Positions 18,386-26,638 of a DNA stretch of 64,000 nucleotides are shown here, piece after piece. The notes beneath the pieces are model-generated. The model made no database searches. It worked only from the letters and a program-made list of their open reading frames with translations, and was not told the origin of the DNA. Both the position numbers and the translations under genes were made by a program. The DNA is from an uncultured Acidobacteriota bacterium (GTDB taxonomy: Bacteria; Acidobacteriota; Thermoanaerobaculia; UBA5066): contig CAWIUK010000003.1 in NCBI GenBank assembly GCA_963839295.1, forward strand, positions 66,407-130,406, written 5' to 3'. The first letter of the stretch is position 1; every line of letters begins with the position of its first letter.

Positions 18386-19906
18386 ATGAACCTCGAACGC
18401 CTCCGCCAGAAATTCTTCGAAGGCCTCACGCGCTACCGATGGCTCGAGACCGTCGGCCGCGGCGGCATGGGGATCGTCTTCAAGGCGCAGGACCTGGACC
18501 TCGAGGACGTCGTCGCGATCAAGGTCCTCTCCCCGGACTGGGAGACGGACGACCAGCAGCTTCTCCAGAGGTTCAAGCGCGAGATCAACCTCAACCGCAA
18601 GATCAAGCACCCGAACGTCGCGCGCATCCACGACTTCGGGATGAGCGGCGACTTCCCTTACATCACGATGGAGTACGTCCCGGGCAAGGATCTTCGGACG
18701 ATCATCCAGGCCGAGGGCCGCATCCCGCAGGCGCGTGCGATCTCGATTCTCCGCCAGATCGCCCTCGGGAGCGAGGCGGCGCACCGGCTCGGGATCATCC
18801 ATCGCGACCTCAAGTCCCAGAACGTGATGCTCGAGGACAGCGGCGCCGTCGCGATCCTCGACTTCGGACTCGCCCGCGGGAAGACGACCGAGCAGCTGAC
18901 GCTCGACAGCGTGATGGTCGGGACGCCGCACTACATGTCTCCCGAGCAGGCGCTGGGCCGGCCGACCGACGCGCGCAGCGACGTCTACTCGATCGGCGTC
19001 ATGGCGTACGAACTCCTCACCGGCCACGTGCCCTACGACGGAGAGTCGCCGCTCGTCATCGCGATGAAGCACGTCTCCGAGCCGCCGCCCGACGACCTGA
19101 GGCACCAGACGGACGTCGCGCCCGAGTTCATCGAAATCGTCTACCGGGCGCTCGCGAAGGACCCGGCCGCGCGCTTCCCCTCGGCGGCGGACCTCGAGGC
19201 GGAGCTCGCCATGCTCCCGCCGTTCCGCGAGGGGCTGACCGCGGGCGCTCCGTCCGGCGCCGTGCCGGCGCCCAGGGCACCCACGCCTCTCGCGCCGCCG
19301 ATGCCGAGCCCGGGGATCCCCACGCCCGCCGTCACGCAGGCGAGCGCGATCCTCGACATGGCGGGGATGCCGACGCCGGTACGCCCGATGACCGCCGTCC
19401 CGGCGAGCGCCGCCCCGACGCCGCCCGTCGCCAAGAGCCGCCCGCCCGTGATCCTCCTCGTCGAGGGCGACGCGAAAGGCCGCAAGGCGCTCGCGGACCT
19501 CCTCGGGCGCCACGGCTGCCGGACGCTCGAGGCCAAGGACGGCCCCGAGGCGCTCGAGCGGATCCTTCAGGACACGGTCGACCTCCTCCTCATGGACGTG
19601 CAGCTGCCCGGGATGGACGGCTTCGACGTCACGCGCGTCATCAAGGCGCAGCCCCAGACCGCCGCGCTGCCCGTCGTCCTCACGACGGCGCGCCTCGACC
19701 GCAGCCACTTCGCGTTCGCGATCCAGTCGGGCGCGACGGACGTGATCGGCAAGCCGCTCCCGAACGAGGCGGTCGTCGGCCGGATCTGGCACATCCTCAC
19801 GCATCACGGCTTCCTGCCGCCCGAGGGAAACGAGCCCGTCCTCGCGGCGATGAAGAAGACGCTCCCGTCCGCGATGACGCCGCCCTCGACGCCGGGCAAG
19901 CGCTAG
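18386..19906 (+). CDS. Ser/Thr protein kinase fused to a C-terminal response-regulator receiver domain
   Basis: 506 aa. Hanks kinase motifs GRGGMGIVFKA, HRDLKSQNVML, DFGLARG and GTPHYMSPE. Pro-rich linker, then a REC domain (ILLVEGD...LLLMDVQLPGMDG...KPL). Confidence 0.9.
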   Translation: MNLERLRQKFFEGLTRYRWLETVGRGGMGIVFKAQDLDLEDVVAIKVLSPDWETDDQQLLQRFKREINLNRKIKHPNVARIHDFGMSGDFPYITMEYVPGKDLRTIIQAEGRIPQARAISILRQIALGSEAAHRLGIIHRDLKSQNVMLEDSGAVAILDFGLARGKTTEQLTLDSVMVGTPHYMSPEQALGRPTDARSDVYSIGVMAYELLTGHVPYDGESPLVIAMKHVSEPPPDDLRHQTDVAPEFIEIVYRALAKDPAARFPSAADLEAELAMLPPFREGLTAGAPSGAVPAPRAPTPLAPPMPSPGIPTPAVTQASAILDMAGMPTPVRPMTAVPASAAPTPPVAKSRPPVILLVEGDAKGRKALADLLGRHGCRTLEAKDGPEALERILQDTVDLLLMDVQLPGMDGFDVTRVIKAQPQTAALPVVLTTARLDRSHFAFAIQSGATDVIGKPLPNEAVVGRIWHILTHHGFLPPEGNEPVLAAMKKTLPSAMTPPSTPGKR

Positions 19907-20586
19907 GCGAGGAGCGGCAGCAGGTCGACGAGCCTGCGGACGTAGACGACCGGCTGCGGCGCGCCGCGCCCGTGCCGGTCGAACCAGATCGGGAACCAGC
20001 CCGCCGCCTTCGCGCCGAGGACGTCCGTCGCGAAGGAATCGCCCACGTACACCCGCCTCCCCTCCCCGCCGCCCGCGGCCTTCCACGCGGCGTCGAAGAT
20101 CTCCCGCGCGGGCTTCATCGCGCCGACGTCCTCGGACAGGACGACGTGCCGGACCCAGCGGTCGAGGCCGAACCGGGCGATCTTCCCCCGCTGCGTCTCC
20201 CGAAAGCCGTTCGAAAGGATGCCGGCGATCCCGAGGCGCGCCGCGTGGTCGAGGACCTCCTCGGCGCCCTCGACGAGGCTCCAGTGGCGGCCGTAGGCCT
20301 CCATGTAATGGGCCCCGATCGGCGCCCCGTGCGCGGCGTCGAGGCCGAGCTCGCCGAGGGGATCCGCGAACCGGTGGCGGGAAAGCGTCGGGCGGTCGAT
20401 CTCGCCCCTGCCGTAGCGCTCCCAGAGGGCGAGGTTGTTCTTCCGGTACGCGGAGAGCCAGGATTCGAAGGAGACGCCGCCGAAGAGCGGCGCGTGCGCC
20501 GCGTGCGTCTCGCGGTGCGCGCCCTCCTCGGCCGCGTGATGGTCGACGAGCGTGTCGTCGAGGTCGAAAAAGAAGAGCGGCTTCAC
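19903..20586 (-). CDS. HAD-superfamily hydrolase
   Basis: 227 aa. Motif I FFFDLDDTLVDH and C-terminal VGDSFATDVLGAKAAG. Confidence 0.85.
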   Translation of the reverse strand: MKPLFFFDLDDTLVDHHAAEEGAHRETHAAHAPLFGGVSFESWLSAYRKNNLALWERYGRGEIDRPTLSRHRFADPLGELGLDAAHGAPIGAHYMEAYGRHWSLVEGAEEVLDHAARLGIAGILSNGFRETQRGKIARFGLDRWVRHVVLSEDVGAMKPAREIFDAAWKAAGGGEGRRVYVGDSFATDVLGAKAAGWFPIWFDRHGRGAPQPVVYVRRLVDLLPLLA

Positions 20587-20596
20587 GCGGGCGGTG

Positions 20597-21472
20597 TCAG
20601 ACGCCCGCCGGGTGCCACGTCGTCTTGATCTCGAGGAACGGCTCGAGCGCCGCGAGGCCTTCCGCCTTCGCGGAAAGGAACCAGTCGGACGCGGTGACGG
20701 CCTTCGGGCGCGAGACGCGGCGGACGCGGTCGGCGGCTTCCTCCTCGACGAGCTTCCCGAGGGACGCGTCGCCCGAGCCGTCGTCGATCGCGTCGACGTC
20801 GCGGTGCGTCGCGAGCGCGGAGACCAGCTCCTTCTTCTTCCCGGCGAGGAGGTTCACGACGCCCGCCGGCAGGTCGCTCGTGGCGGCGACCTCGCCGAAG
20901 AGGAGGACCGGGATGGGTGTTCTCTCGGGGCCGATCGCGACGGCGGTGTTGCCGGAGACGATCGCCGCCGCGGCGCGCGACACGAGCGGGAGGAGCGCGG
21001 GGGCCTCCGGCGCCACGATCCCGACGACGCCCGTGGGCTCGGGAGTCGAGAAGTCGAAATACGGAGCGGCCACCGGGTTCACGCTGCCGAGGACGGCGGA
21101 GATCTTGTCGGCCCAGCCGGCGAAATGGACGAGCCGGTCGACGGACGCGGCGACCTCGCGCTTCGCGGCGGCGGCCGACGCCCCCGTCGACGTCCGGATC
21201 GCGTCGACGAACTCGGCCGAGCGCTGCTCGAGCATCTCGGCGGCGCGGTAGAGAACCTGGCCGCGGTTGTAGGCGGTGCGCGAGGACCAGCCGGCGAACG
21301 CGCCGCGGGCGGCCTTCACGGCATCTCGCACGTCCTTGCGCGAACCGAGCGGCACGTGCGCGAGAAACTCCTTCCCTGCGCCCGACGCGGCGTACGCGCG
21401 GCCCGACTCCGTGCGCACGAACGCGCCGCCGATCAGGAGCTTGTACGTCTTGCGGACGTCGAGGCGAGGCAC
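20597..21472 (-). CDS. aldehyde-dehydrogenase-fold protein lacking the catalytic domain
   Basis: 291 aa. The N-terminal ALDH NAD-binding region aligns (YKLLIGG..., GWSSRTAYNRGQVLYRAAEML, PTGVVGIVAPE). The sequence passes from the GSxxxG-equivalent region straight to the C-terminal beta-strand (LEPFLEIKTTW). No ELGGK Glu and no catalytic Cys segment. Confidence 0.75.
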   Translation of the reverse strand: MPRLDVRKTYKLLIGGAFVRTESGRAYAASGAGKEFLAHVPLGSRKDVRDAVKAARGAFAGWSSRTAYNRGQVLYRAAEMLEQRSAEFVDAIRTSTGASAAAAKREVAASVDRLVHFAGWADKISAVLGSVNPVAAPYFDFSTPEPTGVVGIVAPEAPALLPLVSRAAAAIVSGNTAVAIGPERTPIPVLLFGEVAATSDLPAGVVNLLAGKKKELVSALATHRDVDAIDDGSGDASLGKLVEEEAADRVRRVSRPKAVTASDWFLSAKAEGLAALEPFLEIKTTWHPAGV

Positions 21473-21490
21473 GGAGAGGATTCTAGCCTC

Positions 21491-22693
21491 TCAGACCCTT
21501 CGGCCGAGGAGCGCCGCCCCGATCATCTTCGCGGTTCGGAGCACCCCGAAGCGCTCGACGACGATCGTCCTGTAGAGATCCCCGTGGCTTTCCGGCGGCG
21601 CGGCCGGGCGCGCCTTTTCGACGAGACGCAGCGCCTCCGACGGGCAGACGCTGATGCAGGCGCCGCAGCCGATGCAGCGGCCATGGTCGACGGCCGTCTT
21701 CCCGTCCACGGTCCCGAGCGCGTCCATCGGGCACCGCGGGCGGCACGACTCGCAGTCGATGCAGTCCTCGGAGTTCACCTCGGCCCGGAAGTTCGAGTGG
21801 ATGACGTCCGCCGGACGGGGAAACTGCTTCGCCATCCGGAGGACGCCGCAGCAGCAGCCGCAGCAGAAGCACACGAAGAGCGGGTTCTGCGCGTTCTCAG
21901 GCTGGACGACCATCCCGTCGCGTTCGGCGCGCTCGAGGAGTCCGAGAGCCTGCTCACGCGTCAGCTCCTCGCCCGAGCCCGTCTCGAGGAGGTGGCGCGC
22001 GACGCCCTTCAGGGCGAGGCAGGTCTTCCGGACGTCGGTCTGGCGGCAGGGCTCGCCGGTGAGGTCCCGCCCCTGCCGGCAGACGCAGTTCAGGACCGCC
22101 CATGGGCCGCCGCTCCCGGCGATCAGGTCTCGCGCGTCGTCGTAGCGGCCGACCGCGCGCTCCACGGCGATCCTCGCGTTCACCGGAATCGTCCGCATTT
22201 GCTTCGTCTTCGGCCCGAGGAACGCGCCTGCGAAGCCCTCCGCGATGTAGCGCTCCATGTCGCGCTGCATCCCGGGCGTGAGCCGGTCGACCTGGAACTC
22301 GTACATGCCGAGCGCCAGCATCGCCTTGCTCCATTTCTTCTTGCGCCCCGGGGCGGCGGCGCCTCCGCCCATGACCGCCCCCTTGGCGGCGAGGCCGTCG
22401 AGAAGGGTTTCCAGTTCGGCGGCCGTCCAGCGCCCTCTCGGCGCCCGGCGGCGGATCCGCGCGAGCGGCTCCGGAAGAGCGGAGAGGAGGAGCGCCGCCT
22501 CGGCCTCTTCGGGAGTGAAGAGCCGGCGGAGGATCGAGAGCTCCACGCCGCTCTCCGTGGCCGGGAAGCCGACCGGCATGACGTCGATGTGCTCCCGGAG
22601 CTTCCGGTAGACGTCCTGAGTCTCGTTCACGATCGGCCCTCTCGCGCGGACGCCCGCATCGTCTGGTTCAAACGGCCCATGGCCCGAGTGCAT
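21491..22693 (-). CDS. Cys-rich Fe-S protein with a C-terminal 2x[4Fe-4S] ferredoxin domain
   Basis: About 400 aa. CFCCGCCCG cluster, then CIDCESCRPRCP and CIGCGACISVCP ferredoxin motifs. Start uncertain: ATG 22693, or GTG 22630 giving VNETQDVYRKL. Confidence 0.7.
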   Translation of the reverse strand: MHSGHGPFEPDDAGVRARGPIVNETQDVYRKLREHIDVMPVGFPATESGVELSILRRLFTPEEAEAALLLSALPEPLARIRRRAPRGRWTAAELETLLDGLAAKGAVMGGGAAAPGRKKKWSKAMLALGMYEFQVDRLTPGMQRDMERYIAEGFAGAFLGPKTKQMRTIPVNARIAVERAVGRYDDARDLIAGSGGPWAVLNCVCRQGRDLTGEPCRQTDVRKTCLALKGVARHLLETGSGEELTREQALGLLERAERDGMVVQPENAQNPLFVCFCCGCCCGVLRMAKQFPRPADVIHSNFRAEVNSEDCIDCESCRPRCPMDALGTVDGKTAVDHGRCIGCGACISVCPSEALRLVEKARPAAPPESHGDLYRTIVVERFGVLRTAKMIGAALLGRRV

Positions 22694-22724
22694 TCTGAGG
22701 CCTAACGTCGGCGCGGAGGTCCCG

Positions 22725-24143
22725 ATGTTCCAGCAATTCGACGAGGCCGCCGCGCACGTCCGCCAGCACGGCGTCACGATGGTGGACCTGAAGTTCTGCG
22801 ACCTCGCGGGCCGCTGGCGGCACGTCACGCTTCCCGCCGAGCGCTTCACGCCCGAGCTCATGGAGGACGGCGTCGGGTTCGACGGCTCGTCCGTCGGCCT
22901 GCGGTCCGTGAAGTCCGGCGACCTCGTCCTCGTTCCCGACCTCGCGACCGGGTTCGTCGATCCGTTTCCCGAAGAGAAGACGCTCAGCTTCCTCTGCCGG
23001 ATCCTCGAAGCCGACGACCGATCTCCGGTCCTCTTCGACCCGCGGACGATCGCCGCCCGCGCCGAGGAACGCCTGCGCGCGAGCGGCGTCGGGACGCGCA
23101 GCCTCTGGGGCCCCGAGTTCGAGTTCTATCTCTTCGACGGCGTCGCGTACGAGAACGGCGTCAACGTGGCCAGCTACCGCGTCGAGTCGTCCGAGGCAGA
23201 CTGGCGGAGCCACGAGCTGGGCTCGGGCTTCACGATCCCGCGGCACGGCGGCTACCACGCGCTGCCGCCGCAGGACCACCTCGACGACGCGCGGACGAAG
23301 ATCTCGAGGCTCCTCGAGTCCGTCGGCGTCCCCGTGAAGTACCACCACCACGAGGTGGGTGGTCCCGGCCAGTGCGAGATCGAGATCCCGCTCCTCGGCC
23401 TCCTCGGCGCCTGCGACGCCACGCTGATGACGAAGTACGTCGTGAGGCGCGCCGCGCGGAAGATGGGCCTGACGGCCACGTTCATGCCGAAGCCGCTCTA
23501 CGGCGAGGCCGGGAGCGGCATGCACTGCCACCAGCTCGTCCTCGACGGCGACCGCAACGTGTACTTCGATCCCTCCGGCTACGGCTGCGTGAGCGAGACC
23601 GGTCGCTTCGCGATCGGCGGCCTCCTCCACCACGGCGCGGCCGTCATGGGGTTCACGAACCCGTCGACGAATTCCTACCGCCGCCTCGTCCCGGGGTTCG
23701 AGGCGCCCGTCACGGCGATCTACTCGCTCGGGAACCGGAGCGCCGCGATCCGCATTCCGAAATACGCGAATCGCCCCGAGAGCGCGCGCTTCGAGTTCCG
23801 CCCCCCCGACGCCACGTGCAACCCGTACCTCGCGATGGCCGCGCAGCTCCTCGCCGGGCTCGACGGGATCGAGAGGCGGATGGACCCGACGGCGCTCGGC
23901 TTCGGCCCGTTCGACGGCAACGTCGCGGCGCTCCCGCCGGACGTGAAAGCGAAGATCCGCGCGCTCCCGACGGCGCTCGACGAGTCGCTCGACGCGCTCG
24001 AGAAGGACCACGCGTTCCTGACGAAGGACGGCGTCTTCCCCGCCGACCTCGTTCCGCGGTGGATCCAGAAGAAGCGCGAGGAGGACCGCGAGGTCCGGAA
24101 CCGCCCGCACCCGTACGAGATCGAGCTCTACTACGACCTCTGA
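22725..24143 (+). CDS. glnA: glutamine synthetase type I
   Basis: 472 aa. GSI signatures (FDGSS, GPEFEFYLF, KPLYGEAGSGMHCH, NSYRRLVPGFEAP, RIPKYANRPESARFEFR). Confidence 0.95.
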   Translation: MFQQFDEAAAHVRQHGVTMVDLKFCDLAGRWRHVTLPAERFTPELMEDGVGFDGSSVGLRSVKSGDLVLVPDLATGFVDPFPEEKTLSFLCRILEADDRSPVLFDPRTIAARAEERLRASGVGTRSLWGPEFEFYLFDGVAYENGVNVASYRVESSEADWRSHELGSGFTIPRHGGYHALPPQDHLDDARTKISRLLESVGVPVKYHHHEVGGPGQCEIEIPLLGLLGACDATLMTKYVVRRAARKMGLTATFMPKPLYGEAGSGMHCHQLVLDGDRNVYFDPSGYGCVSETGRFAIGGLLHHGAAVMGFTNPSTNSYRRLVPGFEAPVTAIYSLGNRSAAIRIPKYANRPESARFEFRPPDATCNPYLAMAAQLLAGLDGIERRMDPTALGFGPFDGNVAALPPDVKAKIRALPTALDESLDALEKDHAFLTKDGVFPADLVPRWIQKKREEDREVRNRPHPYEIELYYDL

Positions 24144-24152
24144 GGGCGCGGA

Positions 24153-25649
24153 CTACTCCGCTTCGAGGTACGCCGCGAGCCCGTGCTTTCCGCCCTCGCG
24201 GCCGAAGCCGGACTCCTTGTAGCCGCCGAACGGCGACGTCGGGTCGAACTTGTTGTACGTGTTCGCCCAGACGACGCCGGCGCGGAGCCGCTGCGAGACC
24301 TTGAAGATCTTCGAGCCCTTGTCCGTCCAGACGCCGGCCGAAAGTCCGTACATCGTGTTGTTCGCCTTCTCGACCGCCTCGTCCGGCGTCCGGAACGTCT
24401 GGATCGCGAGGACGGGGCCGAAGATCTCCTCGTTCGCGATCCGGAAGCTCTGCGCGACGTTCGTGAAGAAGCTCGGCGGGAACCAGAAGCCCTTCGCGGG
24501 CAGCGCGCAGCCCGACTGCGTCAGGACCGCTCCCTCGTCGACGCCGGACTGGACGAGCTCCTGGATCTTCGTAAGCTGCATCCGCGAGTTGATCGCGCCG
24601 ACGTCCGTGTTCTTGTCGAGCGGGTCGCCGAGGCGCAGCGTCCGGATGCGCAGCGCGAGCTTCCGCACGACGACGTCGTGGACCGACTCCTCGACGAGGA
24701 GCCGCGAGCCCGCGCAGCAGACGTGCCCCTGGTTGAAGTAGATCCCGTTGACGATCCCCTCGACGGCCTGGTCGAGCGGCGCGTCGGCGAAGACGATGTT
24801 CGCGGCCTTGCCACCGAGCTCGAGCGTGAGTCGCTTGCCCGTCCCGGCCGCCGACTTCTGGATCCGCTTGCCGACCTCCGTCGAGCCCGTGAAGGCGATC
24901 TTCCGGACCTTCGGATGCTGGACGAGCGCGGCGCCGGTCGCGCCCGCGCCCGTGACGACATTCACGACGCCGGGTGGGAAGTCCGCTTCCTCGAAGAGGC
25001 GCGCGAGGTGGAGCGCCGTGAGAGGCGTCGTCTCGGCAGGCTTGAGGACGCTCGTGTTTCCGCACGCGAGCGCGGGCGCGAGCTTCCACGCGGCCATCAG
25101 GAGCGGGAAGTTCCACGGGATGATCTGCCCGCAGACGCCGATCGGGCGCGCCGTGCGGCCCGGGAGCGCGTAGTCGAGCTTGTCGGCCCAGCCCGCGTAA
25201 TAGAAGAAGTGCGCCGCCGCGAGCGGGACGTCGACGTCGCGCGACTCCTTGATGGGCTTGCCGCCGTCCATCGTCTCGAGGACGGCGAACTCGCGCGCCT
25301 TCTCCTGCAGCATGCGCGCGATCCGGTAGAGGTACTTGCCGCGCTCTTTGCCCGGCATCCGCCGCCAGTACTTCTCGTACGCGCGCTCGGCCGCGCGTAC
25401 GGCCGCGTCGACATCGGCCGCGCCGGCCTCGGCGACGGACGACAGCGTTTCCTCGGTGGCGGGGTTGATCGTGGCGAAGTGACGACGCGTTTTCGGCGCG
25501 ACCCATTTGCCGCCGATGAAGAGTTCGTAGCGGGGAGCGATCGTCAGATGGCTCGTGGACTCGGGCGCGGGCGCGTACTCCCATGCGCCGAGGAAGTCCG
25601 GCTCCCGCGTCGCCAGCGCGCGCCGCCCGTTCGCAAGCCTCTTAACCAT
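24153..25649 (-). CDS. NAD(P)-dependent aldehyde dehydrogenase (full length)
   Basis: 498 aa. LELGGKAANIVF (catalytic Glu), FNQGHVCCAGSRLLV (catalytic Cys) and PFGGYKESGFGRE. Confidence 0.92.
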   Translation of the reverse strand: MVKRLANGRRALATREPDFLGAWEYAPAPESTSHLTIAPRYELFIGGKWVAPKTRRHFATINPATEETLSSVAEAGAADVDAAVRAAERAYEKYWRRMPGKERGKYLYRIARMLQEKAREFAVLETMDGGKPIKESRDVDVPLAAAHFFYYAGWADKLDYALPGRTARPIGVCGQIIPWNFPLLMAAWKLAPALACGNTSVLKPAETTPLTALHLARLFEEADFPPGVVNVVTGAGATGAALVQHPKVRKIAFTGSTEVGKRIQKSAAGTGKRLTLELGGKAANIVFADAPLDQAVEGIVNGIYFNQGHVCCAGSRLLVEESVHDVVVRKLALRIRTLRLGDPLDKNTDVGAINSRMQLTKIQELVQSGVDEGAVLTQSGCALPAKGFWFPPSFFTNVAQSFRIANEEIFGPVLAIQTFRTPDEAVEKANNTMYGLSAGVWTDKGSKIFKVSQRLRAGVVWANTYNKFDPTSPFGGYKESGFGREGGKHGLAAYLEAE

Positions 25650-25675
25650 TCGAAGAAATCCTCTCTTCGGTCATC

Positions 25676-26618
25676 TCAGTCTTTCGAGAACTCTTCTTCC
25701 GAACGGTAGCGCCCGGTCGCCTCTTTCCGGAGCTGCATGAGGCAGTCGTTGACGAGGCTGGAGGCCCCGAAGCGGAAGAGGTCGGGCGTGAGCCAGCCCG
25801 ACCCGAGCGTCTCCTTGACGATCACGAGGGTGTGGAGCGCCTGCTTGCTCGTGCGGATCCCGCCCGCGGGCTTCATCCCGATCTTCACGCCCGTCGCGAG
25901 CCAGTGGTCGCGGATCGCCTCGAGCATGCAGAGCGTCACGGCGGGCGTCGCCGCGGGCGCCACCTTGCCCGTGGACGTCTTGATGAAGTCGGCGCCAGCC
26001 GCGATCGCGAGGTCGGAGGCGCGGCGCACGTTGTCGTACGTCTCGAGCTCGCCCGTCTCGAGGATGACCTTGAGGTGGGACGCGCCGCACGCTTCCTTGA
26101 CGGCCGCGATCTCGTCGAAGACCTTCCGGAGGTCGCCCGAGAGGAACGCGCCGCGGTCGATGACCATGTCGATCTCGTCCGCGCCCGCCGAGACCGCCCG
26201 CTTCACGTCGAGCGATCTTCACGGCGAGCGGCGCGCGGCCGGACGGGAACGCCGTCGCGACGCTCGCGACCTTCACGGTCGAGCCGGAGAGGGCGCGCTT
26301 CGCGATTGCGACGAGATCCGGATAGACGCACACCGCCGCCACGGGCGGAATCGAGAGGTCTTCGGGGTCGGGCCGCACGGCCTTCGCGCACATCTGGCGG
26401 ATCTTGCCCGGCGAGTCCTTCCCCTCGAGCGTCGTGAGGTCGCACATCGAGATCGCGAGGCGGATCCCGGCGACCTTCGTGGCCTTCTTGATCGAGCGCT
26501 TCCCGAGCGACGCGGCGCGCTCCTCGAGCGCGACCTGGTCCACGGTGACGCTGCGCCCGGGGAACGGAAAGACGAGCGGCAAGGGCCGCGCGGCCAGGGC
26601 CTTCACGCCGGACTTCAC
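25676..26618 (-). pseudogene. deoC: deoxyribose-phosphate aldolase (long actinobacterial-type DeoC); frame broken by a 1-nt indel near 26213
   Basis: N-terminal part (DLTTLEGKD..., AAVCVYP, VATAFPSGRAPLAVKI) is in one frame. C-terminal part (DVKRAVSAGADEIDMVIDRG, DFIKTSTGK, KPAGGIR) is in another. The span of 943 nt is 3n+1. Putative GTG start at 26618, 20 nt after the upstream gene's stop. Confidence 0.8.
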
Positions 26619-26638
26619 GACGCGCAGTCTACGCCCCG

